DNA from: Convolutriloba macropyga
Lineage: Eukaryota
Assembly: GCF_964194025.1 (NCBI RefSeq)
Contig: NC_134474.1
Location: 72,231,507-72,294,000, forward strand
DNA length: 62,494 nucleotides
Direction of reading: 5' to 3'
How positions within the stretch are numbered: the first letter of the stretch is position 1; each line of letters begins with the position of its first letter. The notes under the pieces were generated by a model. It did no database searches. It saw only the letters and a program-made list of their open reading frames with translations, and was not told the DNA's origin. The position numbers were made by a program, and so were the translations under genes. Shown here piece after piece: positions 27,476 through 37,279 of the stretch.

Positions 27476-28915
27476 AGTAGTATATCGTGAGCAAGAGTGG
27501 GGGGGGGGGTAAAAGGAAGTACCTATGTATTAAGATTAGGTATAGCCCATTTTCGCTCAAATTGCAAGGAAGTACCTCACAGCATGATACCCGAGCTGTT
27601 CACACGAGGGGGATTAGCAAGTTAATCCCTTAATATTAAATTAGGTCATTTACTCATTCGCATATTGCACTTTATTAATGTAAATTTTCAAAGACGTACC
27701 TCACAGCATGACACCCAAGCTGTTCTCTCAAAGGGGATTAGTTAGGTAATGTTTTAATATTAAATTAGATAGGGTGACTCATTTACACTTGCGTACGGTT
27801 TACTAGATTTTCAAAAGTGTACCTCACAGCATGATAACCAAGCTGTTCACAAGAAGGGGATTAGCAAGACAGTGCCTTAACAAATTAGTAAGGACATTGA
27901 CCCACTACCATATTACAGTTTACTAATGTAAGTTTACAAAGACGTACCTCACAGCATAACACCCAAGCTGTTCACACTAAACGGATTAGCAAGACAGTGC
28001 CTTAAAAACGAATCAGTAAGGTCATTTACCCTTTCCCATATTACACTTTACTAATGTAAATTTCCAAAGATGTACCTCACAGCGTGACACCCAAGCTGTT
28101 CACACGAGGGGCATTAGCAAGTTAATCCCTTAATATTAAATTAGGTCATTTACTCATTCCCATATTGCACTTTAATAATGTAAATTTTCAAAGACGTACC
28201 TCACAGCATGACACCCAAGCTGTTCTCTCAAAGGGGATTAGTTAGGTAATGTTTTGATATTAAATTAGATAGGGTGACTCATTTACACTTACGTACGGTT
28301 TACTAGATTTCCAAAAAACGTACCTCACAGCATGATACCCACGCTGTTCACACGAAGGGGATTAGTAAGATAGTGCCTTAACACCAAATCAGTCAGGTCA
28401 TTGACCCCCTACCATATTACAGTTTACTAATGTAAATTTTCAAAAGTGTACCTCACAGCATGATACCCACGCTGTTCACACGAAGGGGATTAGCAAGATA
28501 GTGCCTTAACAACAAATCAGTAAGGTCATTGACCCCTTACCATTTTACACTTTAATAATGTAAATTTCCAAAAACGTACCTCACAGCATGATACCCACGC
28601 GGTTCACACGAAGGGGATTAGCAAGATAGTGACTTAACAGCAAATCAGTCAGGTCATTGACCCCCTACCATATTACACTTTACTAATGTCAATTTCCAAA
28701 TACGTACCTCACAGCTTTATACCCAAGCTGTTCACACGAAAGGGATTAGCAGGATAATGTTTTAATATTAATTTAGGTAGGATGACTCATTTACAGTTAC
28801 GTACGTTAGACGTGATTATCAAAAATGTACCGCACAGCATGATACCCAAGCTGTTCACACGAAAGGGATTAGCAAGATAATCCCTCAATAACAAATTAGA
28901 TTGGCTTGCTCATAT
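27476..28915 (+). repeat. Left TIR: unique ~95-bp end plus 11 tandem units of 123-128 bp
   Basis: Core GTACCTCACAGCATGATACCCAAGCTGTTCACACGAAGGGGATTAGCAAG starts at 27572, 27696, 27819, 27944, 28072, 28196, 28320, 28448, 28576, 28704 and 28827. Confidence 0.95.
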
Positions 28916-28924
28916 ATTAGCCTC

Positions 28925-29560
28925 TACTCCTATTCATTATTTCAATCAACTTCTAAAAATCAGTTGGTCAAAATTCTCGTTTAATTTATCATTTTTTTCA
29001 GATAGTCTTTGTTTCTTTCTCCTTGCAGCAAGAAGAGTTTCAAGTTGAACACTTGCAGTGTTGAAGCAGGTAAGCAAACAATTTCAACTAATAGAAATTT
29101 TCCTTTGTTCCTGTATTTAAACTGGACCATTTTAGCCAGCCAAAATATCCCCAAATAGTAGATATTGCATCACATCACATCGCTTCCAAGTCCAAAATAA
29201 AACTGGTAAGTTTGCTTTTATTAGGACACTACTCCTATTCCCAAGCCACTACTCCCATTCATTTTTTCAAACAACTTCTAAAAATCAGTTGATCAAAATT
29301 ATAGTTTAATTTATCTTTTTTTTCAGATAGTCTTTGTTTCTTTCTCCTTGTTGCCAGTTTCAAGTTGAACACTTGCAGTGTTGAAGCGGGTAAGCAAATA
29401 AATTTAATTAATAGAAATTTTCCTTTGCTCCTGTATTTAAACTGGACCATTTTAGCCAGCCAGAACTTCCCCCTATAGTAGATAATACAACACTTCACTT
29501 CAGCTTTAAATCCAAAAAAAAAAACTGGTAAGTTTACTTTTATTAAAACATGTTTTTGAG
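28925..29560. repeat. Tandem duplication of ~325 bp inside the Polinton
   Basis: TACTCCYATTCATT...CAACTTCTAAAAATCAGTTG...TTTCAAGTTGAACACTTGCAGTGTTGAAGC...AAACTGGTAAGTTT occurs at ~28925 and ~29250. Confidence 0.85.
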
Positions 29561-29689
29561 GAAGGAATATATACCCAATTATTGAAATAAAAAAAACCAT
29601 TGAAAATCATAAAATTCTCACATGATTAGGCAATTAGTCACTATTTTATAGTCAAAATTAATCATAACATCACAATAACATCATAACAC

Positions 29690-29926
29690 GTCACAATTAC
29701 GTCATAGTGTCGTCAAAATGACGTCATTTTGTCGTCAAAATTACGTAATTCTGTCGTCATAATTACGTCATTTTTTCGTCACAATTACGCCATTATGTCG
29801 TCACAATTACGTCATTATGTCGTCACAATTACGTCTTTATGTCTTTATAATTACGTCTTTTCGTCGTCACAATTTCGTCATTATGTCGTTATAGTTACGT
29901 CATTTTGTCGTCGCAATTACGTCATA
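29690..29926. promoter_or_regulatory. 22-bp minisatellite (~11 units) of CRE/ATF-like sites upstream of polB
   Basis: Unit GTCGTCACAATTACGTCATTAT, with TGACGTCA at 29719, TTACGTAA at 29741 and TTACGTCA in several units. A regulatory role is inferred. Confidence 0.7.
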
Positions 29927-30111
29927 TTTGATAAAGGACTTTTCATTTACGTTTTATTTTTCTGATTTACAGAATTCAGTGCTGTGGAGTACAATAATCA
30001 TTCCAACTTCTGACAAATTTTTATTCCATCGCAACTTTCATTTTAACAATTTTTTTTTACTCCTCCTTTCTCACTTCCAATCTTACATTTTATTTTTTAT
30101 TTTCAGCGAAA

Positions 30112-33100
30112 ATGCCCAGAAATTCTAACCCAAAGGAACAGTGTTCTTCCTGCAAGAAGCTTATAATGAAATCCAATATGAGCAGACATCAGAAGCTTCA
30201 CGCAAAAAGATGTTCACAATGCTCACAGTCATTTCCGGACGAAGCAAAATTGCAGAAACACATTGCTTCTGTACATGCACCGTCTCTGATTATCAAGAAA
30301 AAATTTTCTTGTAGCAGCTGTCCCTTATCCTTCTCTACTTATTATCAACTTCTACATCACAAACGAAACAGTCACCAGCGTTCAACACCTAGCACCTACG
30401 AGGAAGTTGACTTATCTATCTATGGAGACTCTCCCGCTCTTCATAGTGAACTTCAAACGGTTCAACATTTTCTGAGAGACTCGGTTCTTGAATTGTCCAG
30501 AAAGAAAGTTCACAACTTCAAAATAATGGAGATCAACCATGAAACAGTGATCGACAAATTGGATTGTGTTTACAACGAGTTACCCAGTTCAGCTAAAATC
30601 AATATTTCGTTTGGATTCGTGCTGCAGAGTGTGCAAAATCCTGACGAATTTCGCTACTACTACGCAGCAGATAACAACCCCGTATTCTCAAATCCCATGG
30701 TTCTCTCTGATGACACAGATCTCAATTATATTAAATCAATGTTGAGACAAGATGAATTTTTACCAAATCTAATTAATCAACGTCCAGACACAAAGTGGAA
30801 GTTTTATTGTGTTACAAATGTCACTTTCTTTGTATTTCTCCTCAGTGGTGTTCCGCTAGGATGCATAGAACAATCAATTCCATCAACCTTACTGAGGAGT
30901 CCAATAGTTAAATGTTTTGTATCTGACTGCGAAAACAAACCTTATCAAGACAATTTGTGTATGTTTCGTTCCTTGGCCTATGAATTATATGGTAGCAATG
31001 AGCTACAACAAAAAACAATGGAATTGATGCAGATGTTTCTCTCAGCAACAAGGAGAAATGACGAAACGTTTCAAGGAATACATGAAGACGATATTCCTGT
31101 TCTTGAGGTTCTAATTGACAGAAATATTCAGATTTACTCCATTTTTTTTTATGAAGAATCGGAAATGTTTGCTGAGCTTACTCGTCGCTCCTCGATGAAA
31201 CGTTCAAAGACAACTTCGTTACTGAGATATGAAAATCACATTTGTTGGACAGCAGACATCAACAAGTTCCTCAAAAAGTTCCGATGCTACGTATGCGATC
31301 AATTTTTCGACAGATCCTTCAACTTATTGCGGCACATGCAAAACTGCTCAGAAAACACGCAACACAAATATCCAACAGGAGCCTATCAGTTATCTGAAAC
31401 TATTTTTGAACGTCTGGAAGATGTAAATATTAATGTTCCGCAAGAGCTGAGATTGTTTTCTCATCTTATCGTATTCGATTTTGAGTCAATAACAGTCCCC
31501 GACAGTACACTCAAAAACACAGATTTGACTTCATGGATTGGAAAACATGTCCCCATTAGTGTGTCAATATCCTCGAATCTGCTCTCCGAACCAATTTTTA
31601 TTTGCAACGAAGATCCGCTTCAACTAATCCGTGATTTTGTATCCAGCTTGAGTAGTATAGCGGAAAAGAGCACGCTTCTAATGAGGGAGAAACTCGATGA
31701 TTTCGTACTGGTATTGGAAGAAAAATATTGGGCTCTTCGACAACTGGTTCCAGTGAAAGACAAGCAGGTACCCACCGGAGCGGAAGACTTATTTGAGAAC
31801 GAAGCTGAACCCGAGGTGGAGGCAGACGAAGATCTTGAAATTAGGAGACTGAGAAGCGAGCTCAGGGTGATATCAAAATTGAGACAAGATTTTGAAAATT
31901 ATTACAGTACCATACCTGTTTTCGGATTCAACAGCTCTCGGTATGATTTAAACCTAATAAAAGAGTATCTTCTGCATCACCTCTTATTAGAAAAAAACGT
32001 TATTCCTAAAGTGATTCGAATGGGGAATAAATATATTGGCATGAATTTTCTTGGTCTACAATTTCTGGACATTTTAAACTTCCTGGGAGGAGCGACAACT
32101 TTGGATAATTTCCTAAAAGCCTATGGAGCGAGTGAAGAGAAAGGTTTTTTCCCCTATGAATGGTTCGACAGTATTGAGAAGTTGAATGTATCCCAACTGC
32201 CACCAATTGACAGCTTTTGGAGCAAGTTGAAGAATCACAACGTTCTTTCAGTCGATTACGATAAGTTTGTGGAATTGAAAAACGGTGGAATGGAGCAGGA
32301 TGAAATTTCGAAGAAGTTGAGACTCAAGAAAGTTCCACAAAATGCCGAAGAAAATTACTTGGAGCTCCAAAATATATGGGAAAGAAAAGGTATGCAGACG
32401 TTTCGTGACTTCCTCATGTGGTACAATAACAAAGATGTCGAACCTACACTTGAGGCTATGAAGAAAATGATCAGTTTTTACCACTCAAGACAAGTAGACA
32501 TGTTGAAGTTGGGCTACACTCTTCCCAACTTGGCAAACAGGTTCCTTCATTCGTCAACAGATGCAGCTTTTTTTCCGTTTTGTGAGAAGGATAAAGAATA
32601 TGATAATTACATTCGAAAGTGGCTAACAGGGGGACCCTCAATTATCTTTACAAGGTATGCGAAAGTTGGTGAAACAAAAATTCGAGAGTCAGAAAACGTT
32701 TGCAAGTCCATCGTCGGAATAGATGCCAGTCAGTTGTACCCTTTTTCCATGACAAAAGAGATGCCAACAGGGCCCTATACAAAGTGGGAGTACAATGAAG
32801 AGACTGAAAAATTTCATCCGAACAGGAACTGGAGAAGCTACTTTGAACAGCAGGTCATGGACTACTTCCAACAGGTTCACCCCAATTGTAAAATACAAAC
32901 CCAGTTCACACACAAGAAACAAAAGAAGCTCGGTCCGTATTTAGTTGATGGGTTTTGTAACCATTGCAACACGGTTTTTGAAGCGATGGGATGCTTCTTT
33001 CATTTTTGTCCGTGTCAAGAGGAAAAACCGCTTCTCTTCGAGGACATTGAAAGCGGATTGAAGCGGAGAGAACGTGACAATGATAGAAGAGAGTACCTGA

Positions 33101-33606
33101 AGGGATTGGGGTTGAACGTTGAAGAGATCTGGGAGTGTCAATGGAAGAAATGGAGGAGCGAAAACACAAATGGGGTTAAAGACTTTCTCAAGTCAAATTA
33201 TCCCTTCCAACCAGCGATGAACAAGCACTCGCTCATTGAGAAAATTAAACGTGGAGAACTGTTTGGTGTCGTCGATTGTAGACTTGAAGTCCCAGAGGAA
33301 ATGAATCCTTACTTTGAAGACTTTCCTCCAATTTTCAAGAATTGTGAAGTGGGACGAGATGATATTGGGGACCATATGAAAGAGTTTGCAGAACGCAACA
33401 AATTACTATCCAGACCCAGAAAAATGCTCATTTCCAGTTTCAAGCTTGAACGAGGACCAGTTATTACACCACTTTTGTTATTTTATCTAGAAAAAGGTGT
33501 GATCCTAAAAGACGTCTTTTGGTTTCTTCAATACACTCCCCGACGCTGCTTTGAGACATTTGTTCAGAATGTTGTCGATGCCCGACGGTTTCCTCTGGGA
33601 TGCTGA
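30112..33606 (+). CDS. polB: Polinton protein-primed DNA polymerase B polyprotein, C-terminally truncated
   Basis: N-terminal C2H2 zinc fingers; vOTU-like DNLCMFRSLA...YENHICW; ExoI VFDFES, ExoII GFNSSRYDL, ExoIII YNNKDV; motif A GIDASQLYP; VSR-like insert VDGFC...EAMGCFFH...IWECQW. Ends after VDARR, before motif B (KxxxNxxYG) and motif C (DTDS). Confidence 0.93.
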   Translation: MPRNSNPKEQCSSCKKLIMKSNMSRHQKLHAKRCSQCSQSFPDEAKLQKHIASVHAPSLIIKKKFSCSSCPLSFSTYYQLLHHKRNSHQRSTPSTYEEVDLSIYGDSPALHSELQTVQHFLRDSVLELSRKKVHNFKIMEINHETVIDKLDCVYNELPSSAKINISFGFVLQSVQNPDEFRYYYAADNNPVFSNPMVLSDDTDLNYIKSMLRQDEFLPNLINQRPDTKWKFYCVTNVTFFVFLLSGVPLGCIEQSIPSTLLRSPIVKCFVSDCENKPYQDNLCMFRSLAYELYGSNELQQKTMELMQMFLSATRRNDETFQGIHEDDIPVLEVLIDRNIQIYSIFFYEESEMFAELTRRSSMKRSKTTSLLRYENHICWTADINKFLKKFRCYVCDQFFDRSFNLLRHMQNCSENTQHKYPTGAYQLSETIFERLEDVNINVPQELRLFSHLIVFDFESITVPDSTLKNTDLTSWIGKHVPISVSISSNLLSEPIFICNEDPLQLIRDFVSSLSSIAEKSTLLMREKLDDFVLVLEEKYWALRQLVPVKDKQVPTGAEDLFENEAEPEVEADEDLEIRRLRSELRVISKLRQDFENYYSTIPVFGFNSSRYDLNLIKEYLLHHLLLEKNVIPKVIRMGNKYIGMNFLGLQFLDILNFLGGATTLDNFLKAYGASEEKGFFPYEWFDSIEKLNVSQLPPIDSFWSKLKNHNVLSVDYDKFVELKNGGMEQDEISKKLRLKKVPQNAEENYLELQNIWERKGMQTFRDFLMWYNNKDVEPTLEAMKKMISFYHSRQVDMLKLGYTLPNLANRFLHSSTDAAFFPFCEKDKEYDNYIRKWLTGGPSIIFTRYAKVGETKIRESENVCKSIVGIDASQLYPFSMTKEMPTGPYTKWEYNEETEKFHPNRNWRSYFEQQVMDYFQQVHPNCKIQTQFTHKKQKKLGPYLVDGFCNHCNTVFEAMGCFFHFCPCQEEKPLLFEDIESGLKRRERDNDRREYLKGLGLNVEEIWECQWKKWRSENTNGVKDFLKSNYPFQPAMNKHSLIEKIKRGELFGVVDCRLEVPEEMNPYFEDFPPIFKNCEVGRDDIGDHMKEFAERNKLLSRPRKMLISSFKLERGPVITPLLLFYLEKGVILKDVFWFLQYTPRRCFETFVQNVVDARRFPLGC

Positions 33607-33850
33607 TTTGAAACTTCCGGTTCCCGTATTCTTGAAAGGACCAACAGTTGTTTCTTCCATCGTGCTCCTCATTTGGTTTTGAGTCGGTGTTGTCTTTTTT
33701 ATCGTTGTTGTCTTTAAATAGAGAAAACATGCTCTCATTGTGGTAATCAAACTGTGGAGAGGGAACAACTGGTTTTCCTTTGTAATCTCGTTTGCGGATG
33801 GGAAAGGAGAATGGTTTTTTGGAGTTAGGAGAGACAGAGCTTTGATCCAT
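33588..33850 (-). CDS. Polinton accessory ORF, truncated by the internal deletion (the tracked ORF runs on into antisense polB)
   Basis: ATG at 33850 directly after a minus-strand TTCTCATTTCACAG acceptor-like site. The frame enters polB sequence at ~33588. Confidence 0.55.
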
Positions 33851-33979
33851 CTGTGAAATGAGAATGTGAAGTATGTAAAGTTTTTAAAGCAGAAAATTTG
33901 GGTCTACAAGGGTAACTGAATATTGAAATCGCAAAGAAACAAATGAATAAATTGTCTTCAAGAAAGGGGTTGATATCTT

Positions 33980-34170
33980 GAACCAATGAAATTTAAGTAA
34001 GAACGAGAACAGTAGCGAAAAATAAACTTCGTATCCAATGAGATGTTATAAAATAATTCGTAACCAATGAAAATAGAGCGTGCATCATGACGTAATAGTT
34101 ATGTCACTTCTATTTTTAGTAACATCACGTGATGCCAAAGATGAGTTTTATATATTTAGTCACGTGAGGG
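33980..34170. promoter_or_regulatory. Probable Pol II promoter of the minus-strand ORF (three CCAAT boxes, TGACGTAA, two CACGTG E-boxes)
   Basis: AACCAATGAA (~33982), ATCCAATGAG (~34033), AACCAATGAA (~34063), TGACGTAA (34088), TCACGTGA (~34125 and ~34160). Confidence 0.5.
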
Positions 34171-34204
34171 TGAATTTAGCGTCGAACAAAAGCGAGTTAT
34201 CTCA

Positions 34205-34786
34205 CTATTCTATTGGAGAACACTTATAGTTCGAGAAAGGAATATTTTGATGAGATGATTGAGTCTCTTCATTGTCAGTTTCCTGGATCGGAGGAAGAAT
34301 AAGGTCTTTGAAATCGGGCAGATTGAAGGCTTCTGGTTTTTTAGAAAATGAGTCAGCATGCTTGGAGAACATGTCTTCTACCCACCAAACACCGTAGTGA
34401 TTTATGTCACGAGAGTACGGGAACATAATTCCTTTGCTGTCTTTCAACGGGTGAAACCCTTGTTCTTTTCGAATTCTTTCAATGGTTTGAAAATAAGTTT
34501 GGAGAGAAAGCAATGAATTGTTGACTTTTTCTTCGGCTAGGTGGAGGTTATGATGTCTAGCTGCCTCTAAAGTTCTCCACAAATCCTTCGGAAGTGTCAA
34601 GCTAGTTGTCTGAGTTTTAATTGTTACTCTAGTGCAATCCACCTCAAAAGATAATTCCAAATTGTTATCGGTTACTACCGTTTTAAATATTGATGCTTCC
34701 GTGATAGGAGCGTAATCTAAATCTGAATGAAAAGTGGAAAGAAAAGATGTTGAAGGAAGTAAAGGAAGAATTGGAGTATTTTGCAT
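34205..34786 (-). CDS. Polinton accessory protein of unknown function (193 aa)
   Basis: Intact ATG-initiated ORF adjacent to the right TIR; no motif recognised. Confidence 0.65.
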   Translation of the reverse strand: MQNTPILPLLPSTSFLSTFHSDLDYAPITEASIFKTVVTDNNLELSFEVDCTRVTIKTQTTSLTLPKDLWRTLEAARHHNLHLAEEKVNNSLLSLQTYFQTIERIRKEQGFHPLKDSKGIMFPYSRDINHYGVWWVEDMFSKHADSFSKKPEAFNLPDFKDLILPPIQETDNEETQSSHQNIPFSNYKCSPIE

Positions 34787-35064
34787 TTTTTTTTAGGCTA
34801 CTGATGTTCAACCAAGACAAAAGACAAAATGAATCGTAAATGTTTTTCAGCATCAACATTCCAAAATCAGATCTGACAGATTATGTGATTGGTTAAAAAA
34901 AAATAAGAAATAGACATTTTCAAAACAATAATACAACTTTTTCTGAAATCGGAAAATTGGAACTTCAGTTTAAAACGACACAGTGAAACACTATTTTAAA
35001 CATAAAATTGATTAAAATTGTACAAAAATCTGTAAAAATCAAAAATAAAAAATTGTACTTTTTT

Positions 35065-36270
35065 GTTAATATGAGAATGGGTGGGTAAATGGCCTTATTA
35101 GTTTGTTGTTAAGACACTATCTTGCTAATCCCTTTAGTGTGAAGAGCTTGGGTATCATGCTGTGAGGTACGTTTTTGGAAATTTACTTTATTAAAGTCTA
35201 AAATGGTAGGGGGTCAATGACCTTACTGATTTGTTGTTAAGACACTGTCTTGCTAATCCCTTTAGTGTGAACAGCTTGGGTATCATGCTGTGCGGAACAT
35301 TTTTGAAAATCACGTAAGCCGTACATAACTGTGAGTCATCATATCTAATTTAATATTTGTACATTTTATAGCTAATCCCCTTCGTGTGAACAGCGTGGGT
35401 ATCATGCTGTGAGGTACGTTTTTGGAAATTTATTTTATTAAAGTCTAAAATGGTAGGGGGTCAATGACCTTACTGATTTGTTGTTAAGACACTGTCTTGC
35501 TAATCCCTTTAGTGTGAACAGCTTGGTTGTCATGCTGTGAGGTACACTTTTGAAAATTTACATTATTAAAGTGCAATATGGTAGGGGGTTAATGACCTTA
35601 CTGATTTGTTGTTAAGACACTGTCTCGCTAATCCCTTTAGTGTGAACAGCTTGGGTATCATGCTGTGCGGAACATTTTTGAAAATCACGTAAGCCGTACA
35701 TAACTGTGAGTCATCATATCTAATTTAATATTTGTACATTTTATAGCTAATCCCCTTCGTGTGAACAGCGTGGGTATCATGCTGTGAGGTACGTTTTTGG
35801 AAATTTATTTTATTAAAGTCTAAAATGGTAGGGGGTCAATGACCTTACTGATTTGTTGTTAAGACACTGTCTTGCTAATCCCTTTAGTGTGAACAGCTTG
35901 GTTGTCATGCTGTGAGGTACACTTTTGAAAATTTACATTATTAAAGTGCAATATGGTAGGGGGTCAATGACCTTACTGATTTGTTGTTAAGACACTGTCT
36001 CGCTAATCCCTTTAGTCTGAACAGCTTGGGTGTCATGCTGTGAGGTACGTCTTTGAAAATTTACATTATTAAAGTACAATTTGGGAATGAGTAAATGACC
36101 TAATTTAATATTAAGGGATTAACTTGCTAATCCCCCTCGTGTGAACAGCTTGGGTATCATGCTGTGAGGTACTTCCTTGGAATTTGAGCGAAAATGGGCT
36201 ATACCTAATCTTAATACATAGGTACTTCCTTTTACCCCCCCCCCCCCACTCTTGCTCACGTTATACTACT
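35065..36270 (-). repeat. Right TIR: unique end plus 9 tandem ~125-bp units, including a ~375-bp three-unit higher-order duplication
   Basis: The reverse-complement core CTTGCTAATCCC...GTGAACAGC.TGGGTATCATGCTGTG(A/C)GG occurs nine times; 35221-35595 is nearly identical to 35596-35970. Confidence 0.95.
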
Positions 36271-36560
36271 AATGGACCATACAATTACCCTGAGAAAATC
36301 AAGACACTTAAATATGAGTAGAGAGTAGTGGAAGTCAAACACAGTTTCTCACCGCCGATCGTTGCATGCACAGGAGGCTCCGCCCCGTCGTATTAAGAAA
36401 TAACTCTCCTCGAAAGGACGAGAGCTACGTACGCGCTATGAACTATATACGAACGGCTGCCAGCTTTGCGGCAATGAGAAGCTGCAACCGTGCCCGAGTC
36501 CCGCAAAAGCCGATCGCTAGTAGATAACTCGTGCGAGGGCGTCCTGTCAGAAGGACGTTT
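36271..36560 (+). pseudogene. CRE-clade-like non-LTR retrotransposon, right part (continuation of 27300-27475)
   Basis: YNYPEKIKTLKYE*RVVEVKHSFSPPIVACTGGSAP...KDESYVRAMNYIRTAASFAAMRS matches the HE..K...Y..R+.+VE..SF.PL+...GG...R..+SF.L.RS C-terminus. Confidence 0.65.
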
Positions 36561-36941
36561 TAATTTGCTCTGAATCCGTGATTACACGAAGACAAGTTAA
36601 GCTATTCTTCGCTGACTATTGTGCTACTGTTAATTATAATTAATTAATGCTTTCGTGACCCCGCTAACTTAGTTATTTCAGGGTAATTGTTTTTCAGTCG
36701 GTTTATGATTTTTAATTGCTCTGGAACGAAGATTGAAGTAATTATTGTAAACGTGTTGGTCTTTTCTTTATGCAAAATTTTCGCCTGACCATTTTTGTGC
36801 TTTTGTTCTAGAGCATTCTGTGACTTCTCTAGTGACATTTTCAAGCTTCACTTCTTTAATTAGAGTGATTTCAATAGCTCGCATTCTGAAATGAAGTTTG
36901 TTGCTAATATAAAAGTGGTTGTTAGCGGCAAGTAATAACGT

Positions 36942-37013
36942 GGTTGTAGCCGAGTGGTTAAGATGTCGGACTATTGTTCTGGATGTTGCGGGTGTTACCA
37001 GTCTTGACTACCA
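36942..37013 (+). pseudogene. tRNA-like sequence (tRNA pseudogene or tRNA-derived SINE head)
   Basis: A-box TAGCCGAGTGG in GTAGCCGAGTGGTTAAG; anticodon-like stem TCGGA-N7-TCTGG; degenerate B box; ends in CTACCA. Confidence 0.45.
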
Positions 37014-37279
37014 GTGGCCCATTTGTGCGCCTCAATTTCCTATCCCTTGGACTAATTGTTGCAATGAGTTTTGCATCTTAATGCAATGCAAATTATAGCG
37101 CTGATGAAGCGACCCTTTCTCGTAGATAAACAGTAAGTTACTGTTAAATGGTTCTGGTAGATGAATAGCGAGATTTTGATTAATATTAAGTCCAAGAATT
37201 ATCCTTTTGGCATGCTTCCTTTCGCAAAACATGGTGGTTTAATTGGTAAGTGATCAATGCTCCAGGCAAATCAAAAATT

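Larger units (their letters stand above)
27476..36270 (+). mobile_element. Polinton/Maverick, internally deleted (8795 bp), non-autonomous
   Basis: Termini AGTAGTATATCGTGAGCAAGAGTG(G)n... and ...(C)nACTCTTGCTCACGTTATACTACT. Perfect 6-bp TSD AATGGA at 27470-27475 and 36271-36276. Long TIRs and a protein-primed PolB; no integrase, ATPase, protease or capsid ORF inside. Confidence 0.95.

Noticed and set aside
27572-28915. CRISPR array (constant palindromic core with variable spacers), mirrored at 35065-36175
   Set aside because: The linkers fall into three recurring related classes rather than unique spacers, the units are ~125 bp, there are no cas genes, the context is eukaryotic, and the arrays are the TIRs of a Polinton.
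29259-30128. ORFs in the Polinton tandem duplication and minisatellite
   Set aside because: The open frames arise from repeat periodicity and give low-complexity translations.
33464-33768. Tracked ORFs 33464-33850 and 33505-33768 as complete genes
   Set aside because: Their 3' parts are antisense polB sequence joined at the deletion junction; only the portion above ~33588 is independent.
36942-37013. Functional tRNA gene
   Set aside because: The T-arm/B-box is degenerate (no GTTCRA) and the acceptor stem is imperfect; kept only as a tRNA-like relic.
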